Shown here: positions 1 through 8,588 of the stretch, piece after piece
Numbering within the stretch: the stretch's first letter is position 1
How the letters are laid out: each line of letters opens with the position of its first letter
Source of the DNA: Desulfurella sp.
Lineage (GTDB): Bacteria; Campylobacterota_A; Desulfurellia; Desulfurellales; Desulfurellaceae
Reading direction: 5' to 3'
Assembly: GCA_031960885.1 (NCBI GenBank)
Contig: JAVRLY010000019.1
Coordinates: 1 to 20,994 of the forward strand
Length of the DNA: 20,994 nucleotides
Translations under genes and position numbers: made by a program
Notes under the pieces: model-generated
The model's input: the letters and a program-made list of their open reading frames with translations, nothing else
Told to the model about the DNA's origin: nothing
The model's database searches: none

Positions 1-14
1 TATCAAACAATTTT

Positions 15-238
15 CTTTAAATCCCACAATTGGCAGCTAAAACTTGCCTTTATGATAAGCCTTATGACATGTCTCGCATCTTTAAATCCCACAATTGGCA
101 GCTAAAACTGAGCTTTTCGCCGATCTTAAACTTATGCTCTAATTGCTTTAAATCCCACAATTGGCAGCTAAAACTTGCGACTTTTGTGGTAGTTCTGCAA
201 CTCCAATAACTTTAAATCCCACAATTGGCAGCTAAAAC
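15..238 (-). CRISPR. CRISPR array, leader-proximal end (truncated by window start): 4 identical 29-bp repeats, 3 complete spacers
   Basis: CTTTAAATCCCACAATTGGCAGCTAAAAC at 15-43, 80-108, 146-174, 210-238. Spacers are 36 bp (44-79), 37 bp (109-145) and 35 bp (175-209), with a partial spacer at 1-14. Minus-strand repeat GTTTTAGCTGCCAATTGTGGGATTTAAAG starts GTTT and ends ATTTAAAG like type I-B repeats, and is co-directional with the cas genes. Confidence 0.98.
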
Positions 239-365
239 TCATATTTTTTGTATACCTTTTTTGTTGAGTTGTCAATACAATTAACATGTTAAAATGTAAT
301 TTTTTTTAGCAAAATTTTCTCGAAGCTCTGATAATGCATAACAAAACAAATTGATATTTAACATA
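239..365 (-). promoter_or_regulatory. CRISPR leader
   Basis: 127-bp very AT-rich non-coding stretch between the cas2 stop and the first repeat. Minus-strand TTGACA at 275-270 with a weak -10 (TACAAA, 252-247) 17 bp away. Palindrome TTAACATGTTAA at 281-292. Confidence 0.8.
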
Positions 366-647
366 CTACAATATATTTGCTGTTGGGTCAAAATCTTTTC
401 CAATATTTTCCCTTGATAAATAGTTTTTTGCAATCATTTTGTAAATCACAACATAGTCTTCATTTTCATTTATAATTTTTCTCAAATCAGCTTCTAAAGC
501 AAACAATTTTGCATCAGATATATTGCCTTCAAATACAGATTTTTGCGTATGGTGAAGATACTGTCGGCATTTTTTCATGATTTTAGGAAGTCTCTTTTTC
601 CCTTCTTTTGTTTCTGTGGAAATATCGTATACAAGAATGACATACAT
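366..647 (-). CDS. cas2: CRISPR-associated endoribonuclease Cas2
   Basis: 93 aa; MYVILVYDI N-terminus and Q-x-SVFEG motif; directly downstream of cas1. Confidence 0.96.
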   Translation of the reverse strand: MYVILVYDISTETKEGKKRLPKIMKKCRQYLHHTQKSVFEGNISDAKLFALEADLRKIINENEDYVVIYKMIAKNYLSRENIGKDFDPTANIL

Positions 648-650
648 AAA

Positions 651-1628
651 CTACCACCATATTTTAAAATGTCTATATTGCTCTTCGTATAGTAGATGCT
701 TTATGAGTTTATAAAGCTCAAGGCGTATAATTTTTTGATAACTAACTTTTCTTTTGAGTTTTTTGTGAATAATAGTGGATTTCATTTTCTCATCAAATGC
801 TTTAACTATAATTTTTCTTCCTTCTTCTTTTAGGTAGCAGTAATTTAGCTCTTTATCAAAATGTTTTTCTGTGATTTGATTATTGTTAATCAAGTCAAAT
901 AGTATTCTATCTCCAAAAATCGGCTTAAAAATTTCAGCGACATCAAGTGCAAGCGAAAACCTTCTATAAAATGGTTCATGAAGATAGCTTATGGTGGGAT
1001 TTAGCTGAGTCATATAAATCTCTTTGATTACAGCGGTGTAAACAAGACTATTTAAAAATGATATCAATGCATTCATATCATTATCTGGCGGATGTTTTAC
1101 CCTTTTTTCAAATTCTATCTTATTTTTAGTAATTATGGGAAAGTTTTTGTAGTAAAAATCCCTTGCATTTCCTTCTACGCCCATAAGTTGTGAAATATCA
1201 GTTTGGTTTTCAATGCTTTTATTGTATGTTTCAAGTGTTTTTACTGTTTCTTCATCAATTGCAGCATACCTTTTTAAATTGTAAATAAAACCATGAATTG
1301 CACCTTTAACAAATTCTTTTGCTATATAGAGCCTTTGCTCTTTATCAAGATAATGTTTTGCTTGGTGAACAATTACTTCACCAGAAAGCAACTCTTCCTT
1401 TGGATAAAAGCTACCAGTCCACCAACCATAATAGTTAAAAAAATGAATAACAATGCCATTTTGTCCAAAAAAGTTGATAGCTTTTGTATTTATATCAATT
1501 TCACCAAATAAATACAAACTCTCAATATCATTTATAGGTATGTGAATGTCGCCATCAACTGTTTCTAAAATTACAGAATTGTCCTTGCGGCTGATTCGCC
1601 CGCTTTTAAATATGTAATAATCTTTCAT
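651..1628 (-). CDS. cas1: CRISPR-associated endonuclease Cas1, type I-B
   Basis: YYIFKSGRISRKDN start, HFFNYYG, LMGVEG, NALISFLNSL, ISYLHEP, SLALDVAEIFKP and terminal WW, typical of I-B (Hmari/Tneap) Cas1. Start moved from 1649 to ATG 1628, which follows GAGG and avoids overlap with cas4. Confidence 0.96.
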   Translation of the reverse strand: MKDYYIFKSGRISRKDNSVILETVDGDIHIPINDIESLYLFGEIDINTKAINFFGQNGIVIHFFNYYGWWTGSFYPKEELLSGEVIVHQAKHYLDKEQRLYIAKEFVKGAIHGFIYNLKRYAAIDEETVKTLETYNKSIENQTDISQLMGVEGNARDFYYKNFPIITKNKIEFEKRVKHPPDNDMNALISFLNSLVYTAVIKEIYMTQLNPTISYLHEPFYRRFSLALDVAEIFKPIFGDRILFDLINNNQITEKHFDKELNYCYLKEEGRKIIVKAFDEKMKSTIIHKKLKRKVSYQKIIRLELYKLIKHLLYEEQYRHFKIWW

Positions 1629-1636
1629 GACTTTCC

Positions 1637-2134
1637 TCAACAATAACAAAACTCATAATAACTGCACTTTTTGCAGTATGATTTGTTGATAGTAGGCGTG
1701 GGAGATGGAATTGAGATTAATTTTTGTATACTCTCAATAGTAAAATCAAGTTGTTTTTCATCTTCATCAGAAAGGGTTATTTTTTCTCTTCTTTTTAATT
1801 TTGGATAGTCAATTATTCCTTCTAGATCAATTCCAAGTTTTCTAAAATAATAAATATAGTATTTTAGTTGCCAAATATGTGATTCTTCAAGAGAATTTGA
1901 TTTTTTAACCTCATGAATAATCCCTCTTTTTGCCTCTATCATGTCTATTTTTATTCCATCAAACATTATTTCTTTTCTTTTTCTTGCGTACGAATTTTCG
2001 TGAATTATTTTTCCAATTTCTACAAGTTCACTTGTGTGCTCCATAGATATATTTTTACTAAACAACCAAAGTTTTCGCTGACAAACAGTATAATATGATA
2101 TTTGTGTGCCGGTTATAATTGGGCTATTTTGCAT
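1637..2134 (-). CDS. cas4: CRISPR-associated exonuclease Cas4
   Basis: YYTVCQRKLWL, RecB-like KID..HEVKKS, QLKYY, and C-terminal CKKCSYYEFC Fe-S cysteines. Confidence 0.95.
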   Translation of the reverse strand: MQNSPIITGTQISYYTVCQRKLWLFSKNISMEHTSELVEIGKIIHENSYARKRKEIMFDGIKIDMIEAKRGIIHEVKKSNSLEESHIWQLKYYIYYFRKLGIDLEGIIDYPKLKRREKITLSDEDEKQLDFTIESIQKLISIPSPTPTINKSYCKKCSYYEFCYC

Positions 2135-2165
2135 ACGACACTACACCACCTTTTTGCAAAATTTT

Positions 2166-4340
2166 TTATATAATATTATCGGATTCATTTGATTCTTCTA
2201 TCTTATGCACTTTTCTTTTAACAAGCCCTATTTCTGAAAAATAAATAAAACTTTTTAAAATTTTTATTTGATGTCTTTTGCAAAATTGAGAGCCATTTAT
2301 ATCATTAAGATTGCTCACCATATTGCCATATAACTGAACTGGAATTGTATAGTCCATTAGTTCTGCTTGTTTTCTTAATCGTTCAATTTTATTGTTACCT
2401 TTATCGTCAATAAAATCTAATAAACCATTAATTATAAAACGATTTTTATTATAAATATCTTCTGGAATAACAATATAATTATTGGTAATTTGCCTAAAAT
2501 CATCCTGCGCTTGTACTCTTGATAAACTTCTATATCCTATTTCAAGTAAATCTTTAAATTTCTTATATTCACTATAATATTTAGTTTTTTCTATGTTTTT
2601 AAAAATCTTATTAATCATATCTTGTTTATCCTCTTCTGAAAGAAGTTTATCATTATAACTTTTTAATACCTCCCAGGAAGCATTAAAAAGGTCGCGGTCG
2701 TAAATATTATTAGGCGTCGAATCAAAAATATAAATATTGGGTTCTTCCATTACATATTCCCTTTTTCTATAACATCGACCAAATCTTTGAAGTAGATTTT
2801 CAATTGATGCATGTTCGGTAATCAACATATCAAAATCTATATCTAAAGATGCTTCGACTATCTGAGTAGCAATCCATACACACGGGGCTGAAGCCTCCAT
2901 AATATCATTTTCTTTCTTTTTTCTATCTTTACCAATAAACTGCGAATGAATCATGTTTGGAGAGAATTCTTTGAGAAACTCATAAAGAAGTTGAGCTTTT
3001 CTCACAGTGTTACATATAATGAGAATCTTTTTATCTTGATTTTTAAGAAGTAGTTCTTTTGTTTTATCAGACTCAATATTTTCATCTACGATACTAATTT
3101 TATGTCTTTTTATATTGATTAGTTGAGGTTTAAAAACATACAAATTATCAAGACTTTTTAACTCTTCCGCAAGAAACGGTGGCAAGGTGGCAGTCATAAG
3201 CATAAATCTACCACCAAGTTTATGAATCTCTTTGAGAAAAACAACTATTGCAGCAATAGAGGCAGGAGAAAAACTCTGTATTTCATCTAAAACAATTTTG
3301 CTATAACTACAAGTTAAATATGTAAATTCAAACCCTGGATATTTGAATACACTGGTAACAAGCTGATCGGCTGTTGCAATTGTCAATAGATACGATAGTT
3401 TTCTTGCTTTTTCTATTTTATCTTCGTACTCATCTTCGTTTGTTTCGGTTTGGGCAAAAAAATAAGAAGTCTCTCCGTGAAGCAAACTAACATTATCGCC
3501 AAAAATATCTTTAAATCTTTTATACATTGCATTTACCGCAATTCTAATTCCAAGTAAATAAAAAGACTTTTGCTCATTAATCCAATTCATAGCAGCTTCA
3601 GTTTTCCCCATTCCTGTAGAAGCAACAAGAATAATACTTTTATCAGAATTTTTTCCTGCTTTTGTTTGAAATTCTCTTAGCTGGATTTGTTTTTCTTTAA
3701 TAAATTTTTGTAAATCATAATGGTAATTTCCTTTATAACTCTCCTCTGGGTCAATTCCGGCAGAAGCACAGTAGTCACATTTCATAAGCGAACCGAGCCA
3801 TTTTACTCTGTAAGGGAAAAAGGTGTTCCACATTGCTCTATCTTCTGCTGTATTATATATGTTAAGAAGGTCATTGACTTTATAATAATATTCTACTTTA
3901 AAACTCCAATTATTTTCTATCCAGTAAAGCATATTCTCAATTAAATTATCATTTGGAATCATACCTTCTCTATGATGATGTGATAAGATTACGAATATAA
4001 AAAAATTAAAAAATCTTTCTTCATCCATTTGAAGTTGTTTGAGATAGGTTTTTATGGTTTCTTCGTCTTGTTGGGTTATAAATGCCGGGGATAACCATTC
4101 ATGAGGGATATTGCCATTGTTCCATCTAAACCTCTCGGGAAGCCTAAGAAGGTTTCTCATTTTATTTTGGAATTCGGGGTTTATTTTCCCAAAATCGTGA
4201 AATTTTATTAGTTTTTTAATGATAAATTTTTCTTCTTCATTCAATTTTAAAAATAGTTTTAATTTTACAAAAGCTTCCAATACTTTATTGGTATGTTCTT
4301 CTAAAGTTTCTCCGTTTGATTTTGCATAAAATACTTTCAT
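2166..4340 (-). CDS. cas3: Cas3 HD nuclease-SF2 helicase fusion
   Basis: N-terminal HD domain (EEH, FHDFGK, HEWLS, SHH, CDYCAS); helicase motifs ASTGMGKTE, DEIQ, MTATLP, ATQIVEASLDID, QRFGRCYR. Confidence 0.96.
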   Translation of the reverse strand: MKVFYAKSNGETLEEHTNKVLEAFVKLKLFLKLNEEEKFIIKKLIKFHDFGKINPEFQNKMRNLLRLPERFRWNNGNIPHEWLSPAFITQQDEETIKTYLKQLQMDEERFFNFFIFVILSHHHREGMIPNDNLIENMLYWIENNWSFKVEYYYKVNDLLNIYNTAEDRAMWNTFFPYRVKWLGSLMKCDYCASAGIDPEESYKGNYHYDLQKFIKEKQIQLREFQTKAGKNSDKSIILVASTGMGKTEAAMNWINEQKSFYLLGIRIAVNAMYKRFKDIFGDNVSLLHGETSYFFAQTETNEDEYEDKIEKARKLSYLLTIATADQLVTSVFKYPGFEFTYLTCSYSKIVLDEIQSFSPASIAAIVVFLKEIHKLGGRFMLMTATLPPFLAEELKSLDNLYVFKPQLINIKRHKISIVDENIESDKTKELLLKNQDKKILIICNTVRKAQLLYEFLKEFSPNMIHSQFIGKDRKKKENDIMEASAPCVWIATQIVEASLDIDFDMLITEHASIENLLQRFGRCYRKREYVMEEPNIYIFDSTPNNIYDRDLFNASWEVLKSYNDKLLSEEDKQDMINKIFKNIEKTKYYSEYKKFKDLLEIGYRSLSRVQAQDDFRQITNNYIVIPEDIYNKNRFIINGLLDFIDDKGNNKIERLRKQAELMDYTIPVQLYGNMVSNLNDINGSQFCKRHQIKILKSFIYFSEIGLVKRKVHKIEESNESDNII

Positions 4341-4349
4341 TTTGCTCTC

Positions 4350-5060
4350 TTACTGAGTAGATAAAAAAAATACTATATCATTTTCGTTATCTTCCAAAAT
4401 AAATTCTTTACGAAGATGAACATTTTCTGTTATATAATTCACCTCAACAAAATGGAAAATTCTATTGTCTTCAAAAGAACTCACTGGTTCGTACCAGAAA
4501 GGCAATCGATATTTAGTTCCAACATTTTCTATTAAACATTCTTTTGGAACATACATAGGCAATTTAGATTGTGCAGCTCTTCCTGAAAAGGAGTCTAATT
4601 CTACAATCTTCAAATCCTCAATAAGAGCAATGTCTTCATTTCGGCCTAATACAGGAACCTTCCCTTGTATTTTTGTATATAGCTGAGAACATAAATTTTC
4701 ATTATCATTTTCAAAACATATATGTATAACTAAGTTCATATTCGCATGCAAGTCAATAAATTGAATTCCATGAGTAGCCGTTTTAGTGCTATTGTCAACT
4801 TTTATTTTATAGGGATTTTGTGGGCGACTTTTAGGATCACGATCAAATTTATAAACTCTTTGCATATTTGCAATTACCGCATCGCTTTTTCCCTGAATAC
4901 TTATTTTGATAGGCTTGTATTCCTTTAGCTCTAAAATATCATGTACCATACCTCTTATCATTGATGGAGTTGGCAAGGGGTATGTTTGTACATATCCAAA
5001 ACTTCCTTCTTTTCGATAGTTACATAAATTTTGATAGAGTTTTATTTTTACAGCTTTCAT
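4350..5060 (-). CDS. cas5: Cas5 (type I-B, Cas5t-like)
   Basis: MKAVKIKLYQNLCNYRK...QTYPLPTPSMIRGMVH and LGRNED motifs; lies between cas7 and cas3. Start ATG 5060 preferred over 5093, which overlaps cas7. Confidence 0.92.
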   Translation of the reverse strand: MKAVKIKLYQNLCNYRKEGSFGYVQTYPLPTPSMIRGMVHDILELKEYKPIKISIQGKSDAVIANMQRVYKFDRDPKSRPQNPYKIKVDNSTKTATHGIQFIDLHANMNLVIHICFENDNENLCSQLYTKIQGKVPVLGRNEDIALIEDLKIVELDSFSGRAAQSKLPMYVPKECLIENVGTKYRLPFWYEPVSSFEDNRIFHFVEVNYITENVHLRKEFILEDNENDIVFFLSTQ

Positions 5061-5076
5061 ATCAATTGCCTTAATT

Positions 5077-5973
5077 TTATCTATACACGTCATTTAGTTT
5101 TGTTTTTATTTCCTTGAAAAATTCATCTATCGATAGTTTCTTATCTTCTGGCAAATTAATTTCTTTAACATTAGAAAATATTCCAGCAAGACTACCAACA
5201 AAAGTATGATCTCCTATTTCCATACCATTAAACTCTCTCTTTAAAATTTCATTTATCGGTTCTACGATAATTTTTATAGATTCTATACCAAAATTCAGGG
5301 CTATTTTGTTATAGAAAAATGGGTTTCCGCTATTGTAGATACCACCAATAACAAATAGGGGTGACAAATCTTCTCTTCTTCCTTTTATATCTCGATACAA
5401 TATTTTTACAGTATCAAGAAACATAGAGAGTCTTTTTTTCTTCTCTTCATTATTGAGCGCAATATTATAATTAGCGTCAACACCAACTTTATCAAGATCA
5501 ACAGTTAATGTGTAAGTATAAAAAGATTTGTGTATTTCTGTTTGAAAAATCATATTCTCTAACCCTTCTTTCCGTGCAGACAACCCCATATTATTGCCAT
5601 AATCAGTATCATTGTTCCAACTCTCAAAACTTACTGCATCGCTTAATCTCGCAATCGCTTTTCTAATTTTTCCCCTCGAGCCTTCCCCTGATGTTTTCAT
5701 ATATCCGAAAAAATCTATTTCTGGATAGTCCCTAATTGTTGCATTCGCTTCAAATTGAACTACCTTGCCGTCGCTTCCTACAGGCGTTAATGGCATGCCA
5801 AATTCTTCATTCATTATCCTTACAATATCATATCGTAGAGCTTGTCTTGAAATATAGGAGTAACTTCTACCTTTAAAAGAAAGCCGCTTAAGACTCGTTA
5901 TATTCGCCGTGCTTTCACCATAATTAAGGTTTTCACCTTGAAAGATCATCGTTAAAGTTAAAAAGTTAGCCAT
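5077..5973 (-). CDS. cas7: Cas7 backbone subunit (Cst2/DevR family)
   Basis: NLNYGE, YISRQALRY, YPEIDFFGYMKT, RLSDAVS, EIHKSFYTYT, RDIKGRREDLSPLF motifs; SD GGGGAGG before the ATG. Confidence 0.93.
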   Translation of the reverse strand: MANFLTLTMIFQGENLNYGESTANITSLKRLSFKGRSYSYISRQALRYDIVRIMNEEFGMPLTPVGSDGKVVQFEANATIRDYPEIDFFGYMKTSGEGSRGKIRKAIARLSDAVSFESWNNDTDYGNNMGLSARKEGLENMIFQTEIHKSFYTYTLTVDLDKVGVDANYNIALNNEEKKKRLSMFLDTVKILYRDIKGRREDLSPLFVIGGIYNSGNPFFYNKIALNFGIESIKIIVEPINEILKREFNGMEIGDHTFVGSLAGIFSNVKEINLPEDKKLSIDEFFKEIKTKLNDVYR

Positions 5974-6265
5974 TATTAACCTCCCCTTGTGTTTTTATAT
6001 TGGATAATAGTCCATTAACAAATGCGTATCCAAAACTCATAAAATTATCTATATTAGTAAGTTCTTCGTTGCTACCGAGTTTAATTTCAGAACCATATGC
6101 CATACTTAGCCTCAAATATTTGTCTAAAAATGAGTTTCTATCGCTTATTTTTAGGTCGTTTAATAATTGGTAAGCGATGCCCTTGATTTTATTATCTTGT
6201 CCAATCTTTTCTCCAAGAGTTTTACCATTAAAAAAAGCCTTATTTATAATTTGCTCTGGCGCCAT
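5966..6265 (-). CDS. cas11: Putative internally translated small subunit Cas11 (99 aa, in frame with the cas8 C-terminus)
   Basis: Minus strand reads AAAGGAGGAGATGTAATGGCG: SD AGGAGG (6278-6273) 7 nt before in-frame ATG 6265 (Met450 of Cas8). The downstream region looks alpha-helical. Confidence 0.8.
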   Translation of the reverse strand: MAPEQIINKAFFNGKTLGEKIGQDNKIKGIAYQLLNDLKISDRNSFLDKYLRLSMAYGSEIKLGSNEELTNIDNFMSFGYAFVNGLLSNIKTQGEVNNG

Positions 6266-7612
6266 TACATCTCCTCCTTTGGTTTTATTGATGTATTTAA
6301 TAATATACCTTGTTATTTTTGAAATAGAAAATTTAGCTGTATTTTTTGACTTTGTTTCAAAAGATCTAATAAAATATTCAAAATACCTTGATAAATCTGA
6401 AAATCCGAGTGTTTGTTCTAATGTCTTTTTGAGAATCTCTTCTCCAACATCTAAATAAATATCTCTATCTATATAAAACCCTTTAGGTACACCTGTTTCC
6501 CCAATTGTTTGTATAAATTCGGCTAAATTTTTAGTAATATTGTAATTGTAAATATTATAAGCTTTGGTTGATTGTCCTCCAAATTGATTTTCCTCTATTT
6601 CTATAAAGTTTATATTTTCAATAACTGCCTGTGCCTGTCTGCGAACTAACTCAAGAGTAACTTCCTGTAAAATAGTATAGAAAGGTTTATTTTGGTTTTC
6701 CTTTTGGTTAATTTTTTCTTTAAATATCCAGAATGAATTATATAACGTAAAAATATCTGAATTTCTGTTCAAAGTGTAAAAAAAGGTCTTATACCTCTTG
6801 TCAACTTTTCTATTTAAAAAAACCATGCCATGAAGTGCACAAGAATAAATTAGAGCACAGAGGGAACATATTTTGGTCTTAGAAGGTTGAAATCCCCATA
6901 TCCAATTCGAATTATCTGTATTAAAACCAAGTATTTGAGTTATAGCATTATCAATATCATATTCTTTTTTTAGTTTTCCACATATATAACATTTCTGGTC
7001 ATTTTTTATTAGTAGTGTATCACTTTTGTTTTTGTTAAGTTGATCGAGATATTTAGGTATTTTTTCATAAGAACAAATTCTTTTTGTAACTTCATAATTT
7101 AAAAAATAGGCAATAAAATCATCTCCATTATTGTCAAGCAGATATTCATAAACATTTAAATTAGAATTAAAACCATTGAGAATATTTTTTACATCTTCGA
7201 CTTCAACCAGTATATTATTTCCAGCAAATAATTCATTAAGATCTTTTCCGTAAATTGTTTTAATAAAACAATTTACGATTTTACCATTTAAGGCGGTTTC
7301 CTGAAGCATCTTCTTGTTTATTTTTGCACTCGAATCATGGATTTTATTTATTAACTTTTCAATTTTTTCCTTATAGCTATCAATATCAAAAAACATATCA
7401 AAGGCTAATTTCTTATACTTTTCATAAAAATTACTAAGTATATTGGAATCAAATTCTAAATAATTATCTTCTATAGTAAGATTATCAGAAAAATCCTGTT
7501 TTATTTCCTCAATATTCATTTTTCCTTCACTTAAGACATTGAGGAAACCAACTATCCCTGCGTTGTAATACCAATCCCTTAAATACACTTTATATCTCTT
7601 ATTATACGTCAC
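5966..7612 (-). CDS. cas8: Cascade large subunit Cas8 (CXXC-CXXC, Cst1/Cas8b1-like)
   Basis: DWYYNAGIVGF N-terminus, CYIC and CSLC pairs, C-terminal YAFVNGL. GTG start overlaps the cas6 stop (GTGA) with GGAGG upstream. Confidence 0.9.
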   Translation of the reverse strand: MTYNKRYKVYLRDWYYNAGIVGFLNVLSEGKMNIEEIKQDFSDNLTIEDNYLEFDSNILSNFYEKYKKLAFDMFFDIDSYKEKIEKLINKIHDSSAKINKKMLQETALNGKIVNCFIKTIYGKDLNELFAGNNILVEVEDVKNILNGFNSNLNVYEYLLDNNGDDFIAYFLNYEVTKRICSYEKIPKYLDQLNKNKSDTLLIKNDQKCYICGKLKKEYDIDNAITQILGFNTDNSNWIWGFQPSKTKICSLCALIYSCALHGMVFLNRKVDKRYKTFFYTLNRNSDIFTLYNSFWIFKEKINQKENQNKPFYTILQEVTLELVRRQAQAVIENINFIEIEENQFGGQSTKAYNIYNYNITKNLAEFIQTIGETGVPKGFYIDRDIYLDVGEEILKKTLEQTLGFSDLSRYFEYFIRSFETKSKNTAKFSISKITRYIIKYINKTKGGDVMAPEQIINKAFFNGKTLGEKIGQDNKIKGIAYQLLNDLKISDRNSFLDKYLRLSMAYGSEIKLGSNEELTNIDNFMSFGYAFVNGLLSNIKTQGEVNNG

Positions 7613-8406
7613 TCCACTACCTCCAACATTCCAAAACCCTCACTGCGTCTTGCGCCAATACCAATATCGTATAATAGTTCCAATACTTTGCTTGGGGCTT
7701 GTATTGTAAATTGACCATTTAAAGCAGGCAGTGTTATTTTATATTCATGACCAGAATCTCCCGAACCATGAATTACGGGGGCAAAAGAAAGCTTATTTGA
7801 GAGATTAATATATATGCTATCCGTTAATATTGCATTGTTTAGGTATTTTTTACATAAAGTTACTATATTTAGTTTCATAAAATTTACAAATGTATCAACA
7901 TCCACTTTTTTGAGATATTTAAAATCTTTATTCACGTTAACAAATTCTGGTATTGCATAATAATCCCCATCTTCTACGTCTCTAATCAAAAAAGGCGATA
8001 AGGTTTTAAATGTGATTTGAGTTTTGTTTGTAAAATCCTTTTTTGGCAAAAGATATAGGTTTTTTACAGAAAAGTTTTTATCAAATAGCACAAAGCCATT
8101 ATTATTGTTTGATATTGCCATCAAACCATTATAAACTCTTATGAGATATTCATAATCGTTAGAAGAAAAGAAAAAATTAATATAATCGCCTTTTAGCTTT
8201 AAATAATTGCCATTTTTTTCAACGGGCATATAAACTGAAAAAGTAAATGGCTTTACCATTCTATCCTGATAAATTTTTTTGGCAAATAATTTTCCATCAC
8301 TGCCACTTTTTTTAAATGCCTCCTTAATCAGTGAAAGAAAATACCTGCGATAATCAGCAGGTACAATTGTAAAACTGCCTATATAAATCCTGCAACTAAA
8401 CCTCAT
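7609..8406 (-). CDS. cas6: crRNA-processing endoribonuclease Cas6
   Basis: KPFTFSVY, FKTLSP and C-terminal G-rich loop GIGARRSEGFGML; SD GGAG; first gene of the cas operon. Confidence 0.94.
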   Translation of the reverse strand: MRFSCRIYIGSFTIVPADYRRYFLSLIKEAFKKSGSDGKLFAKKIYQDRMVKPFTFSVYMPVEKNGNYLKLKGDYINFFFSSNDYEYLIRVYNGLMAISNNNNGFVLFDKNFSVKNLYLLPKKDFTNKTQITFKTLSPFLIRDVEDGDYYAIPEFVNVNKDFKYLKKVDVDTFVNFMKLNIVTLCKKYLNNAILTDSIYINLSNKLSFAPVIHGSGDSGHEYKITLPALNGQFTIQAPSKVLELLYDIGIGARRSEGFGMLEVVE

Positions 8407-8588
8407 ATGTACTCCACTCTTAAATTATATTAAAAAAATTGTAACACAGTTTACTTAAAAATCAAGAAAAATTTGATAAAATTATACGTTATTTAGTACA
8501 TTATCAACAATTATACTCTTAGCTCTTTTTGATGAAGCAGCAAAATCTCAAAAAGTTAAAAAGAAGCTATACGCGTTTAATGGTCTTT

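Noticed and set aside
15..43. Internal CAATTG palindrome of the repeat as a Cas6 hairpin
   Set aside because: A 6-bp loopless palindrome cannot form a stable stem; the repeat looks weakly structured, as is common for type I-B.
1..209. Self-targeting of spacers within this window
   Set aside because: By eye no spacer matches elsewhere in the window beyond short AT-rich words; the rest of the genome could not be checked.
1293..6458. Short plus-strand ORFs 1293-1511, 1913-2098, 3720-3944, 4465-4686, 4746-4928 and 6177-6458 as possible anti-CRISPR or accessory genes
   Set aside because: All lie fully antisense to well-supported cas genes and have no recognisable motifs; typical shadow ORFs.
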